Below are positions 17,682 through 27,852 of a DNA stretch of 56,837 bases, piece after piece. Source of the stretch: Patescibacteria group bacterium. Lineage in GTDB: Bacteria > Bacillota > Negativicutes > Sporomusales > Sporomusaceae. The position numbers were made by a program, and so were the translations under genes. Every line of letters begins with the position of its first letter. Position 1 is the stretch's first letter. The notes beneath the pieces were generated by a model, which was not told the DNA's origin, ran no database searches, and saw only the letters and a program-made list of their open reading frames with translations. The stretch lies in contig DATMYQ010000069.1 in assembly GCA_035560935.1 (NCBI GenBank), positions 1 to 56,837 of the forward strand, given 5' to 3'.

Positions 17682-18434
17682 ATGAAAAAAGTATTTACGA
17701 AAACCAAGGGACTGACGGACCTTCCCTTTCACTATTGCCCCGGCTGTACGCACGGCATCATTCACCGGCTGGTGGGTGAGGTGCTGGAGGAGCTGGATAT
17801 CATGGATACAACGGTGGGTGTCGCCTCCGTCGGCTGCTCGGCGTTTGCGATGGCTTATTTTAACTGTGATTTCGTGCAGGCACTGCATGGCCGGGCGGCA
17901 GCCGTCGCCAGCGGTGTCAAGCGGTCACTGCCGGATCATACAGTATTTACCTATCAGGGAGACGGCGACATGGCGGCCATCGGGACTTCCCATGCTTTTC
18001 ACGCCGCCGCCCGGGGTGAAAAAATTACCGCTATCATGGTTAACAACGCCATTTACGGCATGACCGGCGGCCAGATGGCTCCCACCACGCTGGAAGGACA
18101 AAAAACCAGCACCAGCCCTTACGGGCGGGATTGTTCCCAGATGGGTTATCCCATCGATTTTCCCAAAGCGCTGGCAACCTTGCCGGGAGCCGTCTATGTG
18201 GCGGCGGTGTCCGTGGATTCGCCGAAAAATATCCTGAAGGCGAAACGGGCGCTGAAACGGGCCTTCCAGGTGCAACAGGCCGGGCTGGGATTTTCCCTGG
18301 TCAGTTTCCTGTCCACCTGTCCCACTAACTGGGGTCTGTCGCCGGTAGACAGCCTGCAGTGGTTGCGGGATCACATGATGCCGGTATATGAGATGGGCGA
18401 GATCAAAGTGACGGAAGAGGTGAAGGCGCTATGA
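17682..18434 (+). CDS. 2-oxoacid:ferredoxin oxidoreductase beta subunit (TPP-binding)
   Basis: 'YCPGCTHG' N-terminal Cys motif and TPP motif 'GDGD...NNAIYGMTGGQ'. Confidence 0.9.
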   Translation: MKKVFTKTKGLTDLPFHYCPGCTHGIIHRLVGEVLEELDIMDTTVGVASVGCSAFAMAYFNCDFVQALHGRAAAVASGVKRSLPDHTVFTYQGDGDMAAIGTSHAFHAAARGEKITAIMVNNAIYGMTGGQMAPTTLEGQKTSTSPYGRDCSQMGYPIDFPKALATLPGAVYVAAVSVDSPKNILKAKRALKRAFQVQQAGLGFSLVSFLSTCPTNWGLSPVDSLQWLRDHMMPVYEMGEIKVTEEVKAL

Positions 18435-18964
18435 TGGACAAAATCGTACTGTCCGGTTTTGGCGGGCAGGGAGTGATGTTTGTCGGCAAAGTGCTGGCCT
18501 ACGCCGGCTTGCTGGATGAGCGGGAAGTGTGCTGGATTCCGTCCTATGGACCGGAAATGCGCGGCGGTACTGCCAATTGCGCGGTCATCATCGCCGATGA
18601 GGAAATCTATTCTCCGGTGGTGGAACAGGCGGATTGCGGCATTGTGCTGAACCAGCCTTCCTATGACAAATTTCTGCCGCGGATCAAAGCCGGCGGGGCG
18701 CTGGTGGTCAACAGCTCCATCATTGACATGGCGGTTTCACGGGACGATATCACGATTCTGGCGGTTCCGGCCAGCGAAATTGCCAATTCGCTGGGCGCGC
18801 CCAATATTGCCAACATGGTTTGCCTAGGCGCGTTGCTGAGCAAATTACAACTGACCGATTACCGCAGCATTGAAAAAGCGATGGACGCGGTGGTCGGCAA
18901 GAAAAAGCCGGAATTATACGAAGTCAACCTGGCGGCTGTGAAAAAAGGCGGCGACTGCGCATAG
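18431..18964 (+). CDS. 2-oxoacid:ferredoxin oxidoreductase gamma subunit
   Basis: 'SGFGGQGVMFVGKVLA...SYGPEMRGG' is the typical POR/KOR gamma motif. ATGA overlap with the beta subunit. Confidence 0.9.
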   Translation: MMDKIVLSGFGGQGVMFVGKVLAYAGLLDEREVCWIPSYGPEMRGGTANCAVIIADEEIYSPVVEQADCGIVLNQPSYDKFLPRIKAGGALVVNSSIIDMAVSRDDITILAVPASEIANSLGAPNIANMVCLGALLSKLQLTDYRSIEKAMDAVVGKKKPELYEVNLAAVKKGGDCA

Positions 18965-18996
18965 GCAAAGGGTACGCTTGATTGTAGAAAATAAAG

Positions 18997-19038
18997 AAAA
19001 AACCTTCCGGCGGACATTGTCCGCCGGAAGGTTTTTTG
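18997..19038. terminator. bidirectional intrinsic terminator
   Basis: Stem ACCTTCCGGCGGAC/GTCCGCCGGAAGGT, flanked by an A-run and a T-run, between convergent genes. Confidence 0.85.
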
Positions 19039-19066
19039 CACTTAGGCAGCGGTTTCTTTCGCGCTT

Positions 19067-21109
19067 TTAGCGGATCCGGAAGCGAGCGGCCGACTGATTC
19101 AAACCGGCTGCCGTATCGTTGAGCGCGCCGGTCGCCCGGGAAATCTCGGCCAGCGCCTGGCTGACGTCCACTGTTCCTTTGGAAATGACCTGGGTTCCCG
19201 CCGCGCTTTCCTCGATAGTGGAAGCCACCGATTCGATCGCTTTATTAATTTCGCCCATTTCTTCGGACACCTGCCGCAATTTGTTGCCGATGTCGCCGGT
19301 GATGTTCAGGAAAGCGTCCGCATCTTTTTTGTATTGTTCACCGACGTTGACAAACGCGTCATAATCCTTGCGAACAGTGCCATTGATGAATTGCAGCAGT
19401 TCATTGCTATTTTCCACCAGGACGCCGATGGCTTCCTGGACTTTTTTCGTCAGATCCTGAATGCCGCCGACGGCTTTGGCCGACTCTTCCGCCAGTTTGC
19501 GGACCTCTTCCGCCACCACGGCAAAGCCGCGACCCTGTTCGCCGGCCCGGGCCGCTTCGATGGCGGCGTTCAGCGCCAGTAAATTGGTCTGCCCGGCGAT
19601 GGAGGCAATGGAGGAGGCCATCTGGGAAATTTCATCAACGATCTTGGCGTCGGCAATGGCCTGCAATACCCGTCCGCTGATCTCATCATAGAGGTTTACT
19701 GCCGTTTGACGGGAATGATTGGCGCTTTGCTGCAGACTGAGCGCCTGTTGCTCCACCCCACGGGCCACTTCGTTGCCGGCCGCGGCGTTGTTGGCGATTT
19801 GGCTGAGGTTGGCGCCGACATTTTCCGAGGAGGCGGTAATTTCCTCGGCAGAAGCGGATACGCTTTCCAGGCCGGTGGCGACTTCGCCCGAGGAAAGGGC
19901 CACTTCATTGGACGTTTTCGCCGATCCCGCGGCGCTTTGGTTCAATTGGCCGGCGAACTGGTTGACCTGCTCGGAATTGGTCACAATTTGCCCCACCAGT
20001 TCGCGCAGATTCGCGGTCATTTGGTTGAAAGAGCGGGCCAATTGGCCCAGCTCATCCTGGGAATCGGCATTCAATGGCCGGACGGTTAAATTGCCCTGGG
20101 TGATTTCCGTGGCAAAAGCGGCCATTTCCAGCAACGGGCGGGTCATGCGCCGGGCAGTGATCCATACCACCAGACTGCTGACGAGCATGACCAGAAAAAT
20201 AGCGATGGCAATCGAGGTGACCATTTTGTTGACCGGAGCAAAAAATTCATCTTCATTGATCACAATGGCTACGCCCCAGCCGGTAACCGGCACCGGATCA
20301 TAAAAAGCGATTTTTTTGTCACCGTTGAAAACATAGCGGTAAATGCCCTGTTCACCGGAGAGGAGACGCCGGCCCAGCTCCTTGATGGTCGGATCTTCAA
20401 AGTCTTTGGTAATGTTTTTCTGCATGACAAAATCCTTGTTGGGATGCTGAATAAACGTGCCGTCTTTAGCGACCATCACACCATAACCGGATTTGCCAAA
20501 TTTCAGATTGGCGCAGATCTTTTGCACGGCCTGTAGCGTGACACCGGCGCCAATTAAGCCCTGGGGCCGGTTTTGTTCATCTTTAATGGGCGCCACTAAA
20601 AAAATCGTGGGCAGGTTGGTGGAGCGGGAAATCAGCGGCGGCGTGATTTGCGGCGGGCCGCCATTCATAATCGATTGGAAGTAGTCGCGGTTTTTAATGT
20701 CACCGGCGTTAATGCTGGTGCCGTTGCCAGACTTTATAATAGTGTGAAAGACGCCGTTGCGGTCGGAAGCGTAGATATCGGTGAAGGTTGTCGGGTATTT
20801 TTCCTGCAGGTAGAGGAAGCGGGCGGTGTTCATAGCGTCAGTTGTCGCGTAGTCGGTGTTGACCACCTTGGCCGCCGGAGTGGCGGCGATGGTTTCCGGT
20901 TCGATCAGGTGAGATTGCAGCCAGGTATTGATGCTATTGGCGGTTTCTGAGGTGGTGGCGGCCATGCTGCGGCTCAGTTCCTCTTCGACAATGGCTTTGA
21001 TGCCCAGGTAAGAATACACACCAATGGCCAACAGTCCGGCAATAATTACGGGCATAATGGAAAGCAGCATCTTTTTCTGATAGGAGAGGTTTCTGAACAT
21101 CACAGTCAC
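19067..21109 (-). CDS. methyl-accepting chemotaxis protein (dCache-type sensor, HAMP, MA domain)
   Basis: N-terminal TM segment, then a roughly 270-aa periplasmic Cache-like region, a second TM segment and a HAMP domain. The MCP hairpin is identical in protein sequence to that of the MCP at 4474. Confidence 0.9.
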   Translation of the reverse strand: MTVMFRNLSYQKKMLLSIMPVIIAGLLAIGVYSYLGIKAIVEEELSRSMAATTSETANSINTWLQSHLIEPETIAATPAAKVVNTDYATTDAMNTARFLYLQEKYPTTFTDIYASDRNGVFHTIIKSGNGTSINAGDIKNRDYFQSIMNGGPPQITPPLISRSTNLPTIFLVAPIKDEQNRPQGLIGAGVTLQAVQKICANLKFGKSGYGVMVAKDGTFIQHPNKDFVMQKNITKDFEDPTIKELGRRLLSGEQGIYRYVFNGDKKIAFYDPVPVTGWGVAIVINEDEFFAPVNKMVTSIAIAIFLVMLVSSLVVWITARRMTRPLLEMAAFATEITQGNLTVRPLNADSQDELGQLARSFNQMTANLRELVGQIVTNSEQVNQFAGQLNQSAAGSAKTSNEVALSSGEVATGLESVSASAEEITASSENVGANLSQIANNAAAGNEVARGVEQQALSLQQSANHSRQTAVNLYDEISGRVLQAIADAKIVDEISQMASSIASIAGQTNLLALNAAIEAARAGEQGRGFAVVAEEVRKLAEESAKAVGGIQDLTKKVQEAIGVLVENSNELLQFINGTVRKDYDAFVNVGEQYKKDADAFLNITGDIGNKLRQVSEEMGEINKAIESVASTIEESAAGTQVISKGTVDVSQALAEISRATGALNDTAAGLNQSAARFRIR

Positions 21110-21218
21110 TCCTTTACAAAATTTGATGACTCTAAAGAATAGATTAGCGAAATAATGAAGGAATCCTGCTGAAGAGAGTCGGAAAAATCAATGTATTCAG
21201 AATTTGTTTTGCAAAAAG

Positions 21219-21235
21219 TTCCGATATAATTCCGA
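21219..21235 (+). promoter_or_regulatory. direct repeat TTCCGA-N5-TTCCGA, candidate OmpR-family regulator box
   Basis: Two hexamers with 11-bp periodicity lie 31 nt upstream of a TATACT -10 (21267-21272). An inverted third copy sits within AGAGTCGGAA at 21175-21184. Confidence 0.35.
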
Positions 21236-21301
21236 CTCTGTTCAGACTTTTGTCAAAAAGATAGTTTATACTGAAATCAAATCTAAGGAGGTGCACGAAC
21301 A

Positions 21302-21715
21302 ATGAAAAAAACAATTGCGTTGATTATGGCAGGATTACTGGTACTGGCGGTGGGAACCGCCGTGATTGCAGCGGAGCCGGCCAAGGCCCCAATGGGCATG
21401 AATGGCATGAATTGTCCCGGCGGCCATAAAATGATGCAGCTGACGGATGAGCAGCGCCAGGAAATGTTGCCGTTGATGAATCAAATGATGGAGATTAAAA
21501 AACAAATGCTGGCCAAGCAAGTGGCCTGGGGCAATCTGACCCAGGAACAGGCGGATCAGATGATCGCTCATATGCAGGACCGGATGGCTAAAGGTCCCGG
21601 CGCTGGACCGATGATGGGCGGCCCGGGTAAAATGCATGGTGGTCACGGCGGTTTTGGCGGTCAGGGACAGACCCCGCCCTGCCTGGGACAGCAAGCCCCC
21701 GATAAAACCGAGTAA
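21302..21715 (+). CDS. periplasmic LTxxQ-motif protein (CpxP/Spy/ZraP-like, DUF2680-like) with Met/His/Gly-rich tails
   Basis: Signal peptide MKKTIALIMAGLLVLAVGTAVIAA. Two LTxxQ motifs (LTDEQ, LTQEQ). 'MGMNGMNCPGGHKMM' and 'GPMMGGPGKMHGGHGGFGG'. Confidence 0.7.
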   Translation: MKKTIALIMAGLLVLAVGTAVIAAEPAKAPMGMNGMNCPGGHKMMQLTDEQRQEMLPLMNQMMEIKKQMLAKQVAWGNLTQEQADQMIAHMQDRMAKGPGAGPMMGGPGKMHGGHGGFGGQGQTPPCLGQQAPDKTE

Positions 21716-21851
21716 CCGGTAACGGGAAACGAAAAGGCCAGATTCGGCAAGCGCCGGCTGGCCTTTTCCGTCCGTCAGGGGTACAATGGATATAAATGCA
21801 GTGAGGTTTGGCGTCCGTCACGGTGTTGCGGACCGCGGGCAGGGAGGACGT

Positions 21852-23426
21852 ATGAAACTGAATTTGCAGCGAAAAATGCTGCTCAACTTTATGCTGGTGA
21901 TCGTGCTGGTGTTGGCGGGAGTGCTGACGGGACTGTCGTTTTTGATCCGGGATTATTTTATGCAGAGCAAGCAGCAGGAACTGTTGCAAAAGGGTCAGGA
22001 ATTGTCCCGGACGCTGCAGGCGTATTATGAAGGGCGGATTGACCGGAGTCAGCTGACTGGTTTTCTTGACAGCGTGGATCATTTGTTGGATGCCCGCGTC
22101 TGGGCGCTGGATACTCAGGGACAGTTGCTGGCCATGTCCACTCCGGGGCCCCGTCAGATGATGGGCGGACATGGTCCCGGACATATGGGACATGGCCGTC
22201 GTGGCGGCCCGGTGATGGCGCCGGAAAACGGGAATGGCCCACCAGCTCTGCTGGCCGGAGTTCATCGTATGGCCGGTGAGATGTGTCCGGTGTTTCAAGG
22301 GCAGATCTGGCAGCAGGTGCTGGACCATCCGTATTATGGCGAGAAGATGATGGCGGTGGGGGTGCCGGTGTTTGGCAGTGACGGCAAGGTGCTGGGCGGT
22401 GTTTTACTGAATGCGCCGGTGACCGGCATTGACGACGTCATGGAACGAATTTTTTATCATATCTTGCTGGCGGGAGTGTTGGGTGCTCTGGCGGCAATTT
22501 TTGTGGTTAACCGCCTGGCCGGCGGAATTGTCCGACCGCTGAAAACGATGCAGGAAGCCGCCGGGACTATGGCCCGGGGACAGTATGACGTCCGGGTGCC
22601 GGCCAGCGAGCGCGACGAAGTGGGGCAACTGGGCGGGGCGCTAAATTCTTTGGCCCGCGATCTGGCCGGGTTTGTGGAACGGGCGGAAAAAACCGAAAAA
22701 ATCCGCCGGGATTTTGTGGCCAACGTTTCCCATGAATTGCGCACGCCGATTACCGTAATCCGGGGTTATAGCGAGGCTATGCTGGACGGCATTGTTCAGG
22801 AACCGGAACTGCAGGAAAAATATCATCGGCTGATCGGCGCCGAAACCGTTCGTCTGGAGCGTTTAGTCAAGGATTTGCTGGATTTGAGCCGCCTGCAGTC
22901 ACCGGAAGTGCCGATGGAGATGGAAGAGGTTCCGCTGGGTGAGCTGGCTGCCGGCGTGGTGATGATGCTGCAGCCGCGGGCCCGGGAGAAAGGGTTGGAG
23001 CTGATCTGGACCGGCGAGGAGGATTTGCCACCGGTTTGGGGTAACGGCGACCGTCTGACCCAGCTGTTTTTAATCTTGCTGGATAATGCCATGAATCATA
23101 CCGCCAGTGGTGGGCAGGTAGTTCTGGCGGCGGTGCGGGAACCGCGGCAGGAGAACGGAGAATTGCTGGTCAGCGTCTCCGATACCGGCGACGGCATTCC
23201 GGCAGAAGATTTACCGTATATCTGGGAGCGGTTTTACAAAGTCGACAAGTCCCATGCCCGCACGAAAGCCGGCATGGGGCTGGGGCTTTCGCTGGCCCGG
23301 GAAATTATCGACCGGCATGGCTTCCGGGTGGAGGTGAAGAGTGAACCGGGGCAGGGAACGGTATTTCTGTTGCGGTTTCCCACTGAAAAAAATTCTGCAA
23401 GGCAAGACGGAGGTCAAACATCATGA
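21852..23426 (+). CDS. sensor histidine kinase (HAMP-HisKA-HATPase) with a Met/His/Gly-rich periplasmic loop
   Basis: ATG at 21852 follows GGGAGGA. H-box 'SHELRTPITVIRGY', G-box 'GMGLGLSLAREI'. The periplasmic segment contains 'RQMMGGHGPGHMGHGRRGGPVMAP'. Confidence 0.85.
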   Translation: MKLNLQRKMLLNFMLVIVLVLAGVLTGLSFLIRDYFMQSKQQELLQKGQELSRTLQAYYEGRIDRSQLTGFLDSVDHLLDARVWALDTQGQLLAMSTPGPRQMMGGHGPGHMGHGRRGGPVMAPENGNGPPALLAGVHRMAGEMCPVFQGQIWQQVLDHPYYGEKMMAVGVPVFGSDGKVLGGVLLNAPVTGIDDVMERIFYHILLAGVLGALAAIFVVNRLAGGIVRPLKTMQEAAGTMARGQYDVRVPASERDEVGQLGGALNSLARDLAGFVERAEKTEKIRRDFVANVSHELRTPITVIRGYSEAMLDGIVQEPELQEKYHRLIGAETVRLERLVKDLLDLSRLQSPEVPMEMEEVPLGELAAGVVMMLQPRAREKGLELIWTGEEDLPPVWGNGDRLTQLFLILLDNAMNHTASGGQVVLAAVREPRQENGELLVSVSDTGDGIPAEDLPYIWERFYKVDKSHARTKAGMGLGLSLAREIIDRHGFRVEVKSEPGQGTVFLLRFPTEKNSARQDGGQTS

Positions 23427-24112
23427 GGCAAAAAACAATATTGATAGCCGATGACGATCCGCAAATCCGGGAACTGCTGAATTTGTATTTCAGTAAGGAA
23501 GATTTTGCCGTGATCGAAGCGGCGGATGGCAAAGAGGCGCTGGAAAAAGCGGGGCAGGCCCAGTTGGTGATTCTGGATATTATGATGCCGGTGATGGATG
23601 GTTTGGAAGTGTGTCGCGAATTGCGTCGGACCTCGCAGGTTCCCGTTATTATGCTGACGGCCCGGATGGAGGATGAAGACCGGATTCTCGGGCTGGAACT
23701 GGGGGCCGACGATTACATGGGCAAACCTTTTAATCCCCGGGAACTGGTGGCCCGGGTCAAGGCGGTGCTGCGGCGGACAACGGAAGGTGCGCCAGCCGGC
23801 GGGGAAGTGTTGCGGTTGCCGGAGCTGGTGATTGACATGGCCGGCTATACCGTGACCGCGTTTGGGCAGGAAGTGCTGCTCACTTCGCGGGAAATTGAAC
23901 TGTTCTACCACCTGGCCTCGCATCCGGGCCGGGTATACACACGGGAACAACTGCTGGAATCGGTTTGGGGTTATGATTATTGCGGCGACACCGGTACGGT
24001 GGATACCCATATCAAACGTTTGCGGCAAAAAATCAGCGCCGGCGGCGATGGCGCCTGGAGTATCAAGACCGTCTGGGGAGTGGGTTATAAATTTGAATTA
24101 AAGAAACCATGA
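23423..24112 (+). CDS. OmpR/PhoB-family response regulator
   Basis: REC domain 'ILIADDDPQIREL...LVILDIMMPVMDG' plus a winged-helix C-terminus '...TVWGVGYKF'. ATGA overlap with the kinase. Confidence 0.9.
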   Translation: MRQKTILIADDDPQIRELLNLYFSKEDFAVIEAADGKEALEKAGQAQLVILDIMMPVMDGLEVCRELRRTSQVPVIMLTARMEDEDRILGLELGADDYMGKPFNPRELVARVKAVLRRTTEGAPAGGEVLRLPELVIDMAGYTVTAFGQEVLLTSREIELFYHLASHPGRVYTREQLLESVWGYDYCGDTGTVDTHIKRLRQKISAGGDGAWSIKTVWGVGYKFELKKP

Positions 24113-24215
24113 TTCCGCCAGGCGGTATTTTCGGTTATAATAAAAATAAGCGGCGGCGGACCTTGTTGGTGATCGCCTGCGGCAACTATTCATAAAACCA
24201 TAGGGGAGGCAATTC

Positions 24216-24467
24216 ATGACAACCTATACCACACAAGGCGTTTGTGCCAAAGAAATCAATTTTGACGTTCAGAACGGCCGGCTGAAAAACGTCCGTTTCC
24301 ACGGGGGCTGCCCGGGCAATCTGCAGGCCATCAGTATTTTATTGGAGGATATGCCGGTGGGCGATGTCATCGGCAAGTTTCGCGGCAACATTTGTCAAAA
24401 CGGAACGTCTTGTACCGACCAACTGGCCCGGGCGCTGGAAAAATATCAAAACAATACCAGCGCGTAA
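24216..24467 (+). CDS. TSCPD-domain small protein (TIGR03905-like)
   Basis: 'GVCAKEINFDVQNGRLKNVRFHGGCPGNLQAIS...CQNGTSCTDQLARALE' fits the four-Cys TSCPD pattern. Confidence 0.75.
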   Translation: MTTYTTQGVCAKEINFDVQNGRLKNVRFHGGCPGNLQAISILLEDMPVGDVIGKFRGNICQNGTSCTDQLARALEKYQNNTSA

Positions 24468-24510
24468 AGGAGCCGTGGGCAACATCTCGGCAATAGGGGA
24501 GGGATGAACG

Positions 24511-25581
24511 ATGCGAGCGAGAAAGACAGTGGCAGGATTACTGGCGGCGGGTCTGATGCTGACGGCACCAATGCCGGCGCTGGCCATGGGTGACGTGGAA
24601 AAGACCTTACTGGGCGGACTGATTTATATGACCGTGGCAAAAAGCTATCTGAATGAACAGCACCTGAACGGTCAGGCGGAGACGCTGGCAGAATCCCAAA
24701 AAGCCACCGGCGTTTCCCATGATCCGGCTGCCAATCAGCTGCTGGAGCGGATTTCATCCCGGTTGACGCCGGCAGTGGGGGCGCCGAAGGTGCCCTTTGT
24801 TTTTTATGTCAATCCCCGCAAAGATTTTAATGCATCCTGCGGTTTGAGTAACGTGGTTACCGTCAACATCGGCACCTTCGACGCCATGAACTGGAACGAA
24901 GACGAGTCGGCGATGGTGGTGGCGCACGAAATGGCTCACGGGATGGGCAACCACGTGATGAAAAACTATAATAAGACGCTGGGACTGAATTTACTGTACG
25001 CGCTGTACGCGTCGAAAAACCGCAACGAACTGTCCTGGCTGATGGGACTGTCGGCCACCCGGATGATCACGGCCAAGGCGTATGTTTTACCGGATGAATG
25101 GGAAGCAGATAATAACGGCTACGGCTATTTCGTCGCCGCCGGCTATAATCCCGGCGCACCGGCGGCCTCTTTCATCCGGGTGAAGGCAAAGTACGGCGAT
25201 GCCGGTCGCAACTTTCTCGGCGAGTTGATTCAACCCAATGACCACCCGACCAACAGCCAGCGCATCGAAAATTTCAGTAAAAAGATGACCGAATACAGTG
25301 GCGGCCGGGTCAACGTCGCCGGCGCCGCGGTACGGATCAAAGGCCAGGATTTTTTGACGGCGCAGGCCGGTGACGGGCAACTTCCGGACGAACGGGCTTA
25401 TTTAATCGCCGGTCAGCTGTCACGTTACTTTCATGACCGCCCCGGCGGGAGCGGCAATGCCTGGGTGAATGAAGCCGGCCAGGTGATGATTGAAGACTAT
25501 CCGGTACTGACGCCGGCGTCCGGCGAACCGGCCGCCGGGGAACTGGCGGAGCGCTTGCAGGAATTAATACGGCGTCCGTAG
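24511..25581 (+). CDS. secreted M48-family zinc metallopeptidase
   Basis: Signal peptide '...LMLTAPMPALA'. 'VVAHEMAHGMGNH' HExxH motif in an M48-like context, with a downstream 'EWEADNNG'. Confidence 0.75.
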   Translation: MRARKTVAGLLAAGLMLTAPMPALAMGDVEKTLLGGLIYMTVAKSYLNEQHLNGQAETLAESQKATGVSHDPAANQLLERISSRLTPAVGAPKVPFVFYVNPRKDFNASCGLSNVVTVNIGTFDAMNWNEDESAMVVAHEMAHGMGNHVMKNYNKTLGLNLLYALYASKNRNELSWLMGLSATRMITAKAYVLPDEWEADNNGYGYFVAAGYNPGAPAASFIRVKAKYGDAGRNFLGELIQPNDHPTNSQRIENFSKKMTEYSGGRVNVAGAAVRIKGQDFLTAQAGDGQLPDERAYLIAGQLSRYFHDRPGGSGNAWVNEAGQVMIEDYPVLTPASGEPAAGELAERLQELIRRP

Positions 25582-25757
25582 AAGATCGGATGGACAGTGT
25601 AGAGGATCAGCGTTTGCCGTTTACGGCCAATGCGGGTCCTCTATTTAGAAGCGCTGGAAGCAGGCTGGCCCTAAGTGATTAAGTGTACCGGAAAATATAG
25701 GAACGGCCGGCTCGACAAGCGGAAAATGCAGGGTTAAGGGCCATAGGAGGAAACGGG

Positions 25758-27659
25758 TTGCGCATCGTATTTATATCACCTTACCGGGATTTGTCCCGGT
25801 TGGGGCAAACTATTGCCAAAGAATTGAACATTGACCTGGAAACCTACGAAGGCTCCATGGAACAGGCGGTCACGATCATCAGTAATTTAAAAGGTCCGAA
25901 AGTGGACGCGTTCATCAGCCGGCGGGGAACGGCGGCTTTTATCAGCGCTCACACCGAAGCACCGGTCGTCATGCTCGACACCGGGCCGATGGATATCCTG
26001 GCCAGTTGCCTGGAAGCACGTCATGTGTCCCGCAATATCGTAGTGACTTCCTATGAGCCGGTGGGGAGCTTGGAACTGCTGGAAGCGGCACTGGACGTCT
26101 CCCTTACGAATATTACGGTCAGCAGTCTGCAGGATCTGAAAAAAAAGATCAGCGACATGGGTTTCGACGGTGATTATTGCGTTGTCGGAGGCTGGCCGTC
26201 CGTTTCCTTTGCCCGGGAAGCCGGCCGGGAGGGGATCATTTTGCGGACAAGCCCGGAAAGCGTTCGGGAGGCACTGATCCGGGCCCGTGACATTGCAAAG
26301 CTGCGTCGGGAAGAAAAGGCAAAGGCCTTCCGCCTAAAGGCCATTATGGAATCCGTCTATGACGGAATTTTGGCGGTGGATGAAAATGGCCGGGTGGAAG
26401 TGTTTAACCGTTCAGCGGAGAAAATATTGGGATTCTCGGCGGAGACTGTTGTCGGCAAAGATGCAAACGTAGTCATCCGAGGTTCACGAATGGACCAGGT
26501 GCTCCGGACAATGCAGCCGGAAATTGGTGAAATCCAGGTGATTGGCGATGTAAAAGTACTGACAAACCGTATTCCTGTGCTGGATGGCGATGCGGTGATC
26601 GGTGCGGTGGCGACTTTTCAGGACATGGATGGCGTGGTGCTGGCGGAACGTGCTGTTCGAAAAGAATTAACGGGAGGGCAGTTTCGCGCCAAATTTTTGC
26701 TGGACGACATCGTCAGTGTGTCGCCGGTAATGCAGGAGAGGAAAAGTTTGGCGGAAAGCTTTGCTTCTTCAGAACTGACCGTCCTGATTTATGGTCCGTC
26801 GGGAACCGGCAAAGAACTGTTTGCTCAGGGCATTCACAACGCCAGCCGGCGCGCGTCCCAACCGTTTGTCGCGGTGAATTGCGGCGCCTTGCCGCCGGCG
26901 CTGCTGGAGAGCGAACTGTTCGGTTACGAAGAAGGGGCCTTTACCGGCGCCCGGCGCAAAGGAAAGCATGGTCTGTTTGAATTGGCTCATGGGGGTACGA
27001 TTTTTCTCGATGAGGTGGACAGCCTGCCGCTGGAGCTGCAGGGGCGCCTGCTGCGGGTGCTGCAGGAACGGGAAGTATTGCGGGTTGGCGGCGAATCGAT
27101 TATTGCGGTGGATATCCGGGTCATTTCCGCCACCAATACGCCACCCCGGCAATTACTGAAAGAAAATAGGCTTAGGGCGGATTTGTTTTATCGGTTGAAC
27201 GTGCTGTACATGGAATTGCCACCGTTGGCTGAACGTCTGGAAGATATTCCGGTTTTATGCCGGGCGTTTCTGCCGGAAGGCTTCCTTGACGCGGCGGAAT
27301 GGTTCCAGGATATTCTACCGTTGCTGGAGCGCTACTCCTGGCCGGGAAATGTGCGGGAACTCTACAACTTTGCCCAGCGGATGCTGTTTTATCGCCGTCA
27401 GTACCGGCGGGAAGATGTGCGAACCTTGCTGCAGGTGATAGCACCGAGTATTCTGGAAGAACTTCATGCGCCCCTTTCCCGTCCGGGCAATTTGCGCGGG
27501 GAGCTGGCTTTCGAAGAAATGGAACGGATCACGAACACGATAAAAACCGCTGGCAGCGTAAAAAAAGCGGCTCAATGCCTGGGAATCAGCGAATCTACTT
27601 TGTGGCGTAAAATACGAAAACACCGTGAAGTCCAGCAGGACGTTTTGCTTCCGAAATGA
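25758..27659 (+). CDS. sigma-54-dependent transcriptional activator (PrpR_N - PAS - AAA+ - Fis HTH)
   Basis: TTG start after AGGAGGA. PrpR-type N-terminal domain. Walker A 'GPSGTGKE', 'EGAFTGA' (GAFTGA loop), and a C-terminal HTH 'AAQCLGISESTLWRKI'. Confidence 0.9.
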   Translation: MRIVFISPYRDLSRLGQTIAKELNIDLETYEGSMEQAVTIISNLKGPKVDAFISRRGTAAFISAHTEAPVVMLDTGPMDILASCLEARHVSRNIVVTSYEPVGSLELLEAALDVSLTNITVSSLQDLKKKISDMGFDGDYCVVGGWPSVSFAREAGREGIILRTSPESVREALIRARDIAKLRREEKAKAFRLKAIMESVYDGILAVDENGRVEVFNRSAEKILGFSAETVVGKDANVVIRGSRMDQVLRTMQPEIGEIQVIGDVKVLTNRIPVLDGDAVIGAVATFQDMDGVVLAERAVRKELTGGQFRAKFLLDDIVSVSPVMQERKSLAESFASSELTVLIYGPSGTGKELFAQGIHNASRRASQPFVAVNCGALPPALLESELFGYEEGAFTGARRKGKHGLFELAHGGTIFLDEVDSLPLELQGRLLRVLQEREVLRVGGESIIAVDIRVISATNTPPRQLLKENRLRADLFYRLNVLYMELPPLAERLEDIPVLCRAFLPEGFLDAAEWFQDILPLLERYSWPGNVRELYNFAQRMLFYRRQYRREDVRTLLQVIAPSILEELHAPLSRPGNLRGELAFEEMERITNTIKTAGSVKKAAQCLGISESTLWRKIRKHREVQQDVLLPK

Positions 27660-27662
27660 GAG

Positions 27663-27719
27663 AAAATCCTGTCAATGACTGACAGAATCACTGTCAAAAT
27701 TGACAGGATTTCGTTTTTT
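27663..27719 (+). terminator. terminator hairpin of the activator gene that contains the enhancer palindromes
   Basis: Outer stem AAAATCCTGTCA ... TGACAGGATTT followed by cgTTTTTT. Confidence 0.6.
27669..27706. promoter_or_regulatory. paired palindromic enhancer (UAS) sites, CTGTCA-N4/5-TGACAG
   Basis: CTGTCAATGACTGACAG (27669-27685) and CTGTCAAAATTGACAG (27691-27706). Their centres are about 21 bp apart and lie about 130-160 bp upstream of the -24/-12 promoter. Confidence 0.7.
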
Positions 27720-27835
27720 AAAAGAAAAAAGCAAGAAAAAAACGCCGATCATTTATTTTGCTGATGAGGCGAAACCCTTGATATCACTGGCCGAAGTCGG
27801 ATCGACGCACTGCACTGTATAAAAACATGTATGAT

Positions 27836-27852
27836 TGGCACGAAAGATGCAT
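27836..27852 (+). promoter_or_regulatory. sigma-54 (-24/-12) promoter
   Basis: TGGCACgaaagaTGCAt, with GG and GC separated by exactly 10 nt, about 85 nt upstream of the CDS. Confidence 0.8.

Noticed and set aside
16872-17888. 338-aa minus-strand ORF
   Set aside because: It is antisense to the korA/korB-type genes, which have unmistakable motifs. No RBS and no recognisable domain.
21588-22328. 246-aa minus-strand ORF overlapping the LTxxQ protein gene and the kinase start
   Set aside because: It is antisense to two well-supported genes and spans their intergenic region. Its His/Gln/Pro-rich product is not credible.
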